From the NCBI GenBank assembly GCA_963771175.1, contig CAVYSY010000039.1:64001-128000 (forward strand): DNA of 64,000 nucleotides, given 5' to 3'. The DNA is from an uncultured delta proteobacterium. Lineage in GTDB: Bacteria; Myxococcota; Myxococcia; Myxococcales; Myxococcaceae. The notes under the pieces were generated by a model. That model did no database searches, was not told where the DNA came from, and was given only the letters and a program-made list of their open reading frames with translations. Every line of letters begins with the position of its first letter. The stretch's first letter is position 1. Shown here piece after piece: positions 38,096 to 48,504 of the stretch. Made by a program: the position numbers and the translations under genes.

Positions 38096-38206
38096 CTCCG
38101 TCCTCCCCCATCTCCGTGCTCAGAACCCGCGAGGCAGCGCCCCGCTTCCTTACTTGCGCCATTCTATACCGGGTTCTGACTTCTCGGGTAGGGTCCAAGC
38201 GCTGAG

Positions 38207-40966
38207 TCACAGCACCTCGACGGCGAGCTCCAGCCGCTGCTCCAACGCGCCCGTGGGCATCCCATGGAGTGTGCCCTCCCAACGAACCTGCGCCCGGGGT
38301 GAGAGTCGTACGCCACGACGCCCCCAGTGCCCGACGAGGAGGTCCACCCGGAGCGACGCCTCCGCCTCGTGCAGCACGCCCCGGGAGCCGAGGAACGTCG
38401 GGGCATAGGCGGCCTCCAGGCGCACTGCGTTGGCCAGCGCGCCGGGCAGCCCCAGCCGCTGCGAGAAGGACAGTCGGGGGCCCACCGCGGGCGTGACGTC
38501 GACCAGGCCCCAGCGCAGCCCGGCGCGAGCGCCCAGTCCGAGCGCGGCGAAGTGGCGGAAGCGCGGCCCCTCATCGAGCACCAGGAGCACCTCCCCTCGC
38601 ACGGTGGCCCGGTGCCGCGGGTCCGCCCCCTCCTCCCGAGTTTCGAGCAGCGCCTCCGCGCCCCAGCCCAGCTCGTCGAGCAGGCCGGTCCGGCGCCATG
38701 GGGGTTCTCGTTCCAGAGTGCGGTAGCCCAGCAGGATGAGGCGCGAGTCCAGCACGCGGGGCAGCCCGCGCCTCGGCTCCAGGCGCATCTCGCCGTCGAG
38801 CACGCGTACCTCACTGCCAGGCCGGGAACCGTGCAGGAACGCTTCGCCCAGCTCCTGGCTCAACCCCGCCGTCCACAGGGACACCACCGGCCGCGCCTGT
38901 CCCGAAGGGAGGCGGGCCACCCCCAGGCTCACCGCCACCCGCGCCGCGCCCGAGACGGGCAGCGCCCCAGAGGCCCACTCCCGCTCCTCCAGGACCTTCC
39001 GCTCATGGTCCCTCTCCAGGAAGCCCACGGGATCCACCTCGGCGAGCGGTCCCTCGTGGAGCCCGCCCTGAACCTCGGTGGCGGTGACGAAGGTGGCCTC
39101 CACCGCCTCGGCCCGCGCGAGCGTGTGCGCCTCCCTGGCGGTGGGCTCGCGCCGGGACGCGGTGGCCAGCGCCTCCTGTAGGAAGGTGATGCGGTCGAGT
39201 ACCGCGAGCCGCCGCTGCACTGCGTCCTCCCGCTCGAAGAGTCGCTGGCGCTCCAGCACACTGTCCTGGGCCACGGGCAGCGAGCCTTGAACCGCCACGA
39301 GCCGGTTGCGCTCCACCTCCAGCCGCTCACCCTCGGCCCGGTCCACCTCCGCACGCTCCACCCGCACCGAGCCAGTGATGTATGCGTGCAACATCGTGCG
39401 CACGGCCTCCCGCTCCGACTCCGGCGCGGCGGCGAGCGTCTCCTCCACCACCCCGGGCACTCGGGTCCACGCCTCTCGGCGCTTCTCCGGCTCGGGGGAT
39501 TGCAGGCGCCGGTGCAGCAGGCGCAGCCGCGTGCGTCCCTCCTCCCCTACTCGCGACACCAGTCCTTCGAGCGCCTCCTCCCGGGCCGCGTGCGCCCGCA
39601 GGGCCCGCTCGCCCGTGGACTCGAAGTCGTCCGGCACGTGCTCCAGCAGCGCGTGGTGCTCTCCATCCGGCCCCGTCACCTCCACCCGGGCGAGCGCATC
39701 CAGCGTGGCGCCCGGCAGTACCCAGAAGGAACCGGGCGCGCGCACCGTGCGGCCCCCTTCCAGCGCACCATTGAGGAGGAAGAGGAGCGCGCTCGCGCAG
39801 TTGTCGGTGAAGAAGTAGTAGGCGAGGTAGCCGCGCCGCTCCAGCTCCCAGATCCGCTCCAGCAGCCGCACCTGCTCGCTCGGGGTGAGACTCAGGCGGA
39901 AGCGCCGGATGGTGCGCTGCTCCAACTCCAGTGCCTCGTGCGTCACGTCGCCCACCGTCGAGGTGAGGAAGGCCAGCGTGTAGCCTCCGGTCAATCCCCT
40001 CGCCACGTAGCTCGGGCCGCGCGCCTCCATCCCCGTCAGGGCAACGGGCTGCACCACCGCCTGGAAGCTCGGCCCTCGCGGCACCTCGCCCTCGCGCCAC
40101 ACCGGCCGCATCAGCAGGTGGCCGAAGAGCGACTCGGGCTGCCGACCCGAGGAGGCGACGAGGAGCATCTCGAAATGTGACAGCTCCTCCACGTCGGCCC
40201 ACGCGTCGAAAGCGGGGCACGGGCCCCGTGGAGGCAGCGTTCCAAGTCCGTCCGCGGCCAGCAACTCGCCGAGGGCCCGGGCCTTGGAGGGCTCCTGGCA
40301 GCGCTCCCGGTCGTCCACGGAGAGGGCCTCGGCGCGCACCGACTCCACCGGGACGAAGAGCTCCTCGGCGAAGGTGACCAGGTCCAGCGACGCACTCCCC
40401 TGCCCGCGCGCCCGACTGAAGGCTCCGGCGAAGGAGAGGGGCGACTCCTCGGAGAAAGTAAGCGGCCGTTGGAAGGGCGCGCGCCAACCGGACAGCCGGC
40501 GCCAGCGCGCGGTGCGACTCCACCCGCGTGCCTCGTCCCAACGCTGAACCATCGCGTGGACCACCGCGCGACGTCGCCACAGCTGCTCCAACTCCACCTC
40601 GGTGAGGCGGCCCGTCCGCAGCGTGGCGCGCCGCTCCTCCGAGGGAGCCCAGGCGTAGAGGTGGAAGCGCCGCCGGCCCTCGCTCCAGTCCGGCCGGTCC
40701 TGAGAACCATCACCCATGCCGAGCGGCGCGGGCTCCGCGTGCAGCACCAGCTCCAGCGAGCCACCGGGTGGGTGGCGCAGGGCAGGAGGCAGCGCGGAGA
40801 GACCCGCCTCCACCTCCGCGACGAGCACCGCGTCCTCCGAGGCGGGAGGGCGCAGCACCAGACCCTGCTCCACCTCCAGCCGGTGGACGCGCTCGGCGAG
40901 CGTCTCCGTGGCACCGGCCGGCAGCGCCACCACGAGCCCGACGAGCAGGACCACCCCACCCCTCAT
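38207..40966 (-). CDS. Exported DUF4105 (Lnb-like NlpC/P60) protein with a probable C-terminal beta-barrel, 919 aa
   Basis: Signal peptide, ESLFGHLLMR and YYFFTDNCAS motifs, amphipathic C-terminal strands ending LAVEVL. Confidence 0.8.
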   Translation of the reverse strand: MRGGVVLLVGLVVALPAGATETLAERVHRLEVEQGLVLRPPASEDAVLVAEVEAGLSALPPALRHPPGGSLELVLHAEPAPLGMGDGSQDRPDWSEGRRRFHLYAWAPSEERRATLRTGRLTEVELEQLWRRRAVVHAMVQRWDEARGWSRTARWRRLSGWRAPFQRPLTFSEESPLSFAGAFSRARGQGSASLDLVTFAEELFVPVESVRAEALSVDDRERCQEPSKARALGELLAADGLGTLPPRGPCPAFDAWADVEELSHFEMLLVASSGRQPESLFGHLLMRPVWREGEVPRGPSFQAVVQPVALTGMEARGPSYVARGLTGGYTLAFLTSTVGDVTHEALELEQRTIRRFRLSLTPSEQVRLLERIWELERRGYLAYYFFTDNCASALLFLLNGALEGGRTVRAPGSFWVLPGATLDALARVEVTGPDGEHHALLEHVPDDFESTGERALRAHAAREEALEGLVSRVGEEGRTRLRLLHRRLQSPEPEKRREAWTRVPGVVEETLAAAPESEREAVRTMLHAYITGSVRVERAEVDRAEGERLEVERNRLVAVQGSLPVAQDSVLERQRLFEREDAVQRRLAVLDRITFLQEALATASRREPTAREAHTLARAEAVEATFVTATEVQGGLHEGPLAEVDPVGFLERDHERKVLEEREWASGALPVSGAARVAVSLGVARLPSGQARPVVSLWTAGLSQELGEAFLHGSRPGSEVRVLDGEMRLEPRRGLPRVLDSRLILLGYRTLEREPPWRRTGLLDELGWGAEALLETREEGADPRHRATVRGEVLLVLDEGPRFRHFAALGLGARAGLRWGLVDVTPAVGPRLSFSQRLGLPGALANAVRLEAAYAPTFLGSRGVLHEAEASLRVDLLVGHWGRRGVRLSPRAQVRWEGTLHGMPTGALEQRLELAVEVL

Positions 40967-41675
40967 TCCACGAGCCCGTGGGCGAGGAGGAAGGCGCGCC
41001 GGTCCTCCTCCAAACGCGGCTCGGTGCGCGCGAGCTGCCCCACCCGTTCGAGCCAGGCCAGGGCGCGCTCGCGCGTGAGCGTGGCGGAGTCAGCGAGCGC
41101 GAGCAGCTCTCCCGGTGCGCGCGCAGCACCCGGCCGAAGGTCCCGAGGTTCTCGCGGCGGATGAGCGCCATGGCGGCGAGATCCTCGATGGTGGGGCCGG
41201 CCCCGAGCGCCAGATCCTCGCGGAGTTGGTGGGTGTTCGCGCGCAGGTACACCTGGGCGGCCGCTCCCACCGCCGCGGGGGCGGGAGCGGCGGGGATGCT
41301 CACCAGGATCTTCCAGATCGCCAGTCCGAGCCCGCCCACGGTGGCCCCCACGAGGGTGGAGGAGAGCAACGGGCCGGACGTGGCCGCGCTGCTGCGGGAC
41401 TCGCTGCTCTTCGACGAGTCCGCCGAGCTGGCCCGCGAGCTGTCCGCGGAGTCATTGGTGGTGCCTTCCGAGGTCTTCGAGACGTTGGTGCTCACCTCGG
41501 CCGTGGCATCGCTGCCCTCGCTGCTCCCCGCCGAGTTGGACTGGCTGGAGTTCGAGTCGCTCGACTGGCCAGAGTTGGACTGACTCGAATTGCCCTGGCT
41601 CGACCCCATCGTCTGACACCCGGCCACCAGCAGACAGGCGCATGCGCCCGCCACCCTCATCCACTGTCCCTTCAT
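40963..41675 (-). CDS. Ser-rich lipoprotein with a DUF3015-like C-terminal domain (frameshift near 41110)
   Basis: Lipobox LVAG-C, Ser/Asn-rich linker, hydrophobic GATVGGLG segment, YLRANTHQLREDLALGAGPTIEDLA. Its stop overlaps the next ATG (ATGA). Confidence 0.7.
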
Positions 41676-41844
41676 TGCTCCTCCGGTGATGTTCACGCGC
41701 TGACACTCTAGCCAGCAGCGTGCGAAGGCTCGGCTCACGACCATTGCCTCGATGGGCCTCCTGGCAGGCCTCGTTCCGCCTCGGACAGCGAATGAGGCGG
41801 TTGCTCATCGGCCTGCCTCGGTCTGGCGAAGAACGGCTCCCATG

Positions 41845-42975
41845 CTAGCGCGACCCCTTCGCCTTGCCGCCGCGCACCGTCTCGACCCACTGGCGCCACA
41901 CCTCGCCGTCCTCCCCGAGGTCTCGCCCCGCCAGGAGGGTGAACACCTTGTGCGCCGGCTCGCGCTCGATCACCTGCTGCATCGCCACCATCTCCAGGAG
42001 CGGCTCGGCCGCCTTGTCGAGGATCTGCTTCCGATGGACGGCGCCCTCCGTCTCCAGGATCCGCACGAGCGTCCAGGCCGTCTTGTTGCGGTCCGAGATG
42101 ACCGGCAACCAGAGCGACTCCAATACCGTGTCGAGCGGGATGATGACGCGCTTCTGGTTCTTCTGCGCCGCCCCGAGCAGGCGCATCACCTCGTTGCGCA
42201 CGCCCTGAGACGGGTCTCGCACCGACGGAAGGACGGCCTTCACCACCTGCTCGCGCGAACCTGCATAGGCCAGCAGGTTCACCGCATGCATGCGCTTGCC
42301 CTCGTCGCGATCCTCGCGCAGCACGCGCACGAGCGCGTCGAAGTTGCGCGGCACGCCCTCGATGAACCGGGCCTCCCGAGGCGCGAGCTCCGGATGGTCG
42401 AAGCGGCCGTAGCAGGAGAAGGCCTTGCAGGCGCCGTAGCCGAAGGCGAGCTCGCCCGCGTTATCCAACTTCCAGTAGGCCCTGACGAAGTCTCCCCAGG
42501 CGGCGAGCAATCCGTCTGGATCGGCCACCTCTCCCTGGGGCGCGGGGGAGAAGCGCATGCGCCACTCGTCTCCCACGTCGACCAGATCCACCGTCAACCG
42601 CATGATGTTCGTCTTGAGGTCGACCCCCACCGAGAACGTGCACTGGGCGAAGGAATAGGCCGAGGTGACGCGCTTCTTGCTCTCGATGAGCTGCCGGGTG
42701 AAGTCCTCCGACCCGGACTCCACGGGCGTGCCCGGTGCGGGCATTTCGATGAGAGCGAGCAGCTTCTCCTTCGGGACCTTGCGCGAGCCGAACACCTCGA
42801 CTCCCCCGAACGTGTACACGGGCCGCCGCGGGGCAGCGACAGGCGCGGAGGGCGCCTCGGCCACGGCGGGCGCAATGGCTTCAGGCGCGGGGGCGAAGTC
42901 AGGCGCGGGCGCGGCCTGTTGCAAAGGGGCGACACATGCGGCGAGGAACGGCAGACACACGATGAACCGTTTCAC
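41845..42975 (-). CDS. Lipoprotein with POTRA-like and HEAT-repeat regions
   Basis: GTG start at 42975 with lipobox FLAA-C; GVEVFGSRKVPKEKL; HEAT-like DPSQGVRNEVMRLL. Confidence 0.7.
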   Translation of the reverse strand: MKRFIVCLPFLAACVAPLQQAAPAPDFAPAPEAIAPAVAEAPSAPVAAPRRPVYTFGGVEVFGSRKVPKEKLLALIEMPAPGTPVESGSEDFTRQLIESKKRVTSAYSFAQCTFSVGVDLKTNIMRLTVDLVDVGDEWRMRFSPAPQGEVADPDGLLAAWGDFVRAYWKLDNAGELAFGYGACKAFSCYGRFDHPELAPREARFIEGVPRNFDALVRVLREDRDEGKRMHAVNLLAYAGSREQVVKAVLPSVRDPSQGVRNEVMRLLGAAQKNQKRVIIPLDTVLESLWLPVISDRNKTAWTLVRILETEGAVHRKQILDKAAEPLLEMVAMQQVIEREPAHKVFTLLAGRDLGEDGEVWRQWVETVRGGKAKGSR

Positions 42976-43142
42976 GAGTCCTCCAGCGCCCGAGCCTCGG
43001 GCGGGAACGGAGGGCCTCGTGCAACGCATGTGCCCGCACGGCCGATGGACTCGCGAGGGGCACGGCGGAGGAGCAACCCGGCGGCGGATCGTCCAGGATG
43101 TCCGTATCTGGGATTCACGTGTCCCAGGTACGGGAACACACC

Positions 43143-44384
43143 TCAGTGCGCGGCCCGCGCCGGACCCAGTCCCCGCCCCGCGAGTGCACTCGGGGTCTCC
43201 GAGAGCTGCTCGATGCGGAACTGGGGCAACGCGCGGAACAACAGCCAGTCCCCGCTCTCCAGCGGCCCCTTCACCAACTGCCCGGTGTCGAGCAACTGCC
43301 GACCGATGGGCACGGAGATGTCGCCGCGCGCGAGCTGGAAGCGGACCTGCTCCAGCCGGCCGTCGTCCAGTCGCACCCTGCCCTCCACGTACACGCTGTC
43401 GTCCCGGAGGAAGAGCTGGGAGCCCCCCTCCACCCGGCCGTAGGAGTTGTCCGCGAGGATGAGCTCGAACTCCTCCTCGCGGAGCAACGAGGGACAGTCC
43501 CCGCTCGGGGTGTGGCCCACCACCAGCCTGTGGATGCCCGAGCGCGCGAGCGTCTCGATGAGGCGCCGTGACGGGAGGCCGGGGTGGTTGCACTCGTCGG
43601 CCATGCGCCCGTACACCACGCTGGCGGAGTTGATCCGCTTGCCCGGGGTCGGGGCCTGATAGGCGATGAGCGGCTCCCAGAGCGGCGTGCCACGCCTGTC
43701 GAGGCGCCCCTCTGAGAAGACCTCGAGCTGCTCGCGATACCAGCGGTTGAGGGCCTCACACCAGGCGTCCACCCCCTCCACCCGACTTCCCGAGGGCACT
43801 GCCCCGAGGCTGTCCTCGTGCACCCCGCCATGGACGAAGAGCGTGTTGCCGATGCGGTGGACGAGCCGACATGCGGAGAGGTAGTCGCGCAGCGCTCCCC
43901 CGGGGCCGAGGTCCTCGAGGAAGCTGTCCACCACGTCTTCCTCGCTCACCGGCGAGCCGGTGCGGGCCAGCTCGGCCCGGCGGAACTCGAAGGCCCCGCG
44001 CGCGCCCATGGTGTTCTCGAAAATCCACCGGAGCAGCGCCGGCCGTGGGCCCTCGCGCACCTCGGCGGGAGTCCGCGCCAGGGGGTGGCCGCGCAGCTCG
44101 CGCACCAGCCGCAGCTTGTTGATGTCACGGTTGCCCGCCAGCAGCACCACCTGGGAAGGCTGCCGTCGCCAGGCCTCCAGGAGCGCCCGCACCACCCGGC
44201 GCCCATCGGGGCCGCGGTCGATGGCGTCTCCCCCATAGACGAAGGTGCGGCCCGGCCTCACCACCAGCCGCTCCCCGGACTCGTCCAGGGCGACGTGGGG
44301 GTTGTCCCGACAGAAGCTCGCCAGCTTCTCCCAGATGCCCTCCACGTCCGAGAGGTAGGCGACGGAGTAGTCGGACTTGCTCGT
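43143..44384 (-). CDS. Calcineurin-like metallophosphoesterase (start uncertain)
   Basis: YLSDVEG, GGDAIDRG, GNRD, VHGG and VGHTP metal-binding motifs. Confidence 0.85.
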   Translation of the reverse strand, partial: TSKSDYSVAYLSDVEGIWEKLASFCRDNPHVALDESGERLVVRPGRTFVYGGDAIDRGPDGRRVVRALLEAWRRQPSQVVLLAGNRDINKLRLVRELRGHPLARTPAEVREGPRPALLRWIFENTMGARGAFEFRRAELARTGSPVSEEDVVDSFLEDLGPGGALRDYLSACRLVHRIGNTLFVHGGVHEDSLGAVPSGSRVEGVDAWCEALNRWYREQLEVFSEGRLDRRGTPLWEPLIAYQAPTPGKRINSASVVYGRMADECNHPGLPSRRLIETLARSGIHRLVVGHTPSGDCPSLLREEEFELILADNSYGRVEGGSQLFLRDDSVYVEGRVRLDDGRLEQVRFQLARGDISVPIGRQLLDTGQLVKGPLESGDWLLFRALPQFRIEQLSETPSALAGRGLGPARAAH

Positions 44385-44424
44385 TCAGGGATTTCTAACA
44401 CCCCCCGCCCCGGGCCTCAGCGCT

Positions 44425-45477
44425 TCACTTCTCGCGCAGGCTGGCGGTGTCGATCACGAAGCGGTAGCGCACATCGCCCTTGATCATGCGCTCATAGGCC
44501 TCGTTGATCTTCTGGACCGGGATCACCTCGATATCGGAGGCCACGTGGTGCTGGGCGCAGAAATCGAGCATCTCCTGCGTCTCGCGGATGCCACCGATGA
44601 GCGAGCCACCGAGCTTGCGCCGACGCATGATGAGCGGGAAGGCCGCCAGCGGGGTGGGAGCCTCCGGCACGCCAACGAGGACCATCGTGCCGTCCAACTT
44701 CAACAGGCCGAGGTAGGCGTTGTAGTCGTGCGGCGCGGAGACGGTGTCGAGGATGAAGTCGAACCGTCCGGCGAGTTCCTTGAAGGTGCTCTTGTCGGAC
44801 GTGGCGGCGAAGTGCGTGGCGCCCAGGGCCAGCGCGTCGTCGCGCTTGGAGGGCGAGGTGCTGAGCACGGTGACTTCCGCGCCCATCGCCTTGGCCAGCT
44901 TCACGCCCATGTGGCCGAGGCCGCCGAGACCGACCACGGCGACCTTGTCGCCGGGCTTCACCCCGTAGTGGCGCAGCGGCGAGTAGGTGGTGATGCCCGC
45001 GCAGAGCAGCGGCGCGGCGCGGTCCAGCGGGAGCGACTCCGGAATGCGCAGCACGTAGTTCTCGTCCACCGTGATGGCGGTGGAGTAGCCGCCATAGGTC
45101 GGCGCGCCGTCGCGTTCGCGAGCGTTGTAGGTGCTCACCATGCCGTGATCGCAGTACTGCTCCTCGCCCGAGCGGCACGGCGCGCAATCGCGACAGGAGT
45201 CCACGAAGCAGCCCACGCCGACCGCGTCGCCGACCTTGAACTTCGTGACCGCGCTGCCGGTCTTGGCGACCCGCCCGACGATCTCGTGGCCCGGCACCAT
45301 CGGGAAGATGGCGCCGCCGCCCCATTCGTCACGCGCCTGGTGGATATCCGAGTGGCACACGCCGCAGTAGAGGATGTCGATGAGCACATCGTGAGCGCGG
45401 GGCTCACGGCGCTCCAGCGAGAAAGGGGCGAGCGGGGCTTTGGCGCTCTGGGCGGCATAGGCACGGGTGGTCTGCAT
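44425..45477 (-). CDS. Zn-dependent NAD(P) alcohol dehydrogenase (cinnamyl-ADH/YahK family)
   Basis: CGVCHSD, GHEIVG, structural Cys cluster, GLGGLGH and GDVRYRFVID. Confidence 0.95.
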   Translation of the reverse strand: MQTTRAYAAQSAKAPLAPFSLERREPRAHDVLIDILYCGVCHSDIHQARDEWGGGAIFPMVPGHEIVGRVAKTGSAVTKFKVGDAVGVGCFVDSCRDCAPCRSGEEQYCDHGMVSTYNARERDGAPTYGGYSTAITVDENYVLRIPESLPLDRAAPLLCAGITTYSPLRHYGVKPGDKVAVVGLGGLGHMGVKLAKAMGAEVTVLSTSPSKRDDALALGATHFAATSDKSTFKELAGRFDFILDTVSAPHDYNAYLGLLKLDGTMVLVGVPEAPTPLAAFPLIMRRRKLGGSLIGGIRETQEMLDFCAQHHVASDIEVIPVQKINEAYERMIKGDVRYRFVIDTASLREK

Positions 45478-45585
45478 GTAGGGAGGGCTCTCCAGAAAAG
45501 AAGACGGCGCGAGTCGAGGCCCGCGCCGTCCAAGGTATTTGGTGAGCGCCCAAGGTAATCGGTGGAAACCGAGGGCGCCGCGAAA

Positions 45586-46540
<955 letters not shown>

Positions 46541-46580
46541 GGGTTCCCAGGGTAGCCCGGCGGGACGCTCGGGCAATTCC

Positions 46581-47194
46581 TCAGTCGAGCTGACCCTTGC
46601 CCTGCCGCAGCACCTCGATCTGGTCGTCGATCAGCGACACCACCGTCGAGGGCTCCATCAGCTTCACCCCACCGTCCAGGATGAGATCCACCCCGTGCCC
46701 CAGGGCGTCCTTGATGTCCTTGGCGTCGATGAGGGGCTCGCCCTCGCGCGTTCGTGGCCGAGGTGGTGACGATGGGCCGCCCCAGGGCCGCGGCCAGTGC
46801 CCGCGCCAGCCCCGAGTCCGGCACGCGGATGCCCACCTGCTTCTGCTTCGACATCATCACGTCGGGCACCAGCCGCGTGGCCTCGAGGACGAAGGTGAAG
46901 GCCCCGGGCGTCAGACTCTTCATCGTCCGGTACGCGAAGTTGCTCACGTGCGCGTACTTCGCCACGTCCGACAGGTCCGGGCACAGGAAGGACAGGGGCT
47001 TCTTCCGGTCCCGTTCCCTTGAGCTGGTACAGCTTCTCGATCCCCTTCTTCGAGCCCAGGTCGCACCCCAGGCCGTAGTAGGTGTCCGTCGGGTAGGCGA
47101 TCACCCCGCCGTTGGACAGCAACTCGACGGCGCGCTGCACGTGCCGCGGCTGCGGGTGATCCGCGTTGACCTCGAGGATGGGTGCTGACGCCAT
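46581..47194 (-). CDS. Sua5/YrdC/YciO family threonylcarbamoyl-AMP synthase-like protein (frameshifted)
   Basis: GGVIAYPTDTYYGLGCD, LTPGAFTF, VGIRVPD and PIVTTSA. Confidence 0.88.
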
Positions 47195-47205
47195 GGTGTG
47201 TCTCC

Positions 47206-48504
47206 TCAGACCGTCCCCGGTGCCTCGTCGGATCGTACCTCTCCGCTGCGCTGGAGCGCACGCCGGGTGAGCACGGGGCCGATCAGCTCGTGGGCGGTGA
47301 TCATCGCCACGATGAGCACCTCTACCTGAGGCCCGAAACCCGGAAAGGTGCGCGAGATGAGCGCCGCCAGTCCGAAAGTCACTCCCGCCTGCGAGATGAG
47401 CCCCATCCACAGGTAGCGGCCCAGGCGCGGATCCTCCGGCGGGGAGAAGCGCCGGCACGAGACGTAGATGGCCACTCCGCGCAGCGCCACCAGCAGCAGG
47501 GCCGCCGGGCCCACCGTCAGCAGCGCGTCCAGCTTGAGCCCCGCGCCGGCCGCCGCGAAGAAGAGCGCGAACACGGGCAGGCCCGCCTGCTGGATGGCAT
47601 GGTGGATGCGCTGGCCCTCGCGCTCGTCCAGGTTGGCGATCAACGCCCCGGCCGCCAGCGACACCAGCAGCGGCGACAGGTGCATGCGCGTGCCGGCCTC
47701 GGCCGAGACGAAGCTCAGCCCCACCAGGAAGAGCGGCAGCTCGCGCTTCACCCGCCGCATGTACACCAGCACCACCAGCGCCAGCACGCCGCCCACCAGC
47801 ACCGAGCCGAACAGCTCCCACCCCACCCCACCCAGCAGCCCTCCCACGTCCAGGCCGCCGCCGAAGCTCGCCCGGGTGAGTCCCGCCGCGATCGCGAAGC
47901 CCACCATCACCAGCAGGTCCCCGATGATGACCAGGGCCATGAGGAACTCGGTGAAGCTGCCGCGCGCGCTCGTCTCCTGCACGATGGCGATCGTCACCGT
48001 GGGTGAGAACGACACCACCACCGTGGACACGAGCGCGCTGACGGCCAGGGCCTGCGGCACAGTCATGGCCGCGAGGAAGGGCAGCAGCGGCTTGAGCGCG
48101 AAGAGGGCCCCGAAGATGGCCAGGAACGTCACTCCACACACCGCGGCGCACAGGGCCGCCACCTTGGCCCCCACCCGCCGGATGAGCCCGAGCTGCAGCT
48201 CCGTGCCCGCCACCAGCGCGATGAGGCTCACCGCGAGCCCCTTCACCAGCTCCAGCCCCTTCACCCCCGCGCCCGGAATGAAGCCCAGGGCATAGGGCCC
48301 CACCGCCACGCCGATCAGCAGGTAGCCGGTGAGGCGGGGCAGTCCCATCCCCTTGGCCACCTTCCCCGCGAAGAGCCCGCACAGGAGCAGCCCCCCGGCG
48401 GCGAGCGCCACCGACGTGCCGGTGTCGGCGCGCCACTCCTGGGCCCGGCCGATGGCCGCCAGCAACCCCACCAACAGCAGCAGCCGCAGGAGCGCGCCCT
48501 TCAT
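47206..48504 (-). CDS. Cation:proton antiporter (CPA/Na_H_Exchanger family), subunit 2
   Basis: LPRLTGYLLIGVAVGP, SPTVTIAIVQE, IIGDLL and LISQAGVTFGL; multi-TM. Confidence 0.85.
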   Translation of the reverse strand: MKGALLRLLLLVGLLAAIGRAQEWRADTGTSVALAAGGLLLCGLFAGKVAKGMGLPRLTGYLLIGVAVGPYALGFIPGAGVKGLELVKGLAVSLIALVAGTELQLGLIRRVGAKVAALCAAVCGVTFLAIFGALFALKPLLPFLAAMTVPQALAVSALVSTVVVSFSPTVTIAIVQETSARGSFTEFLMALVIIGDLLVMVGFAIAAGLTRASFGGGLDVGGLLGGVGWELFGSVLVGGVLALVVLVYMRRVKRELPLFLVGLSFVSAEAGTRMHLSPLLVSLAAGALIANLDEREGQRIHHAIQQAGLPVFALFFAAAGAGLKLDALLTVGPAALLLVALRGVAIYVSCRRFSPPEDPRLGRYLWMGLISQAGVTFGLAALISRTFPGFGPQVEVLIVAMITAHELIGPVLTRRALQRSGEVRSDEAPGTV

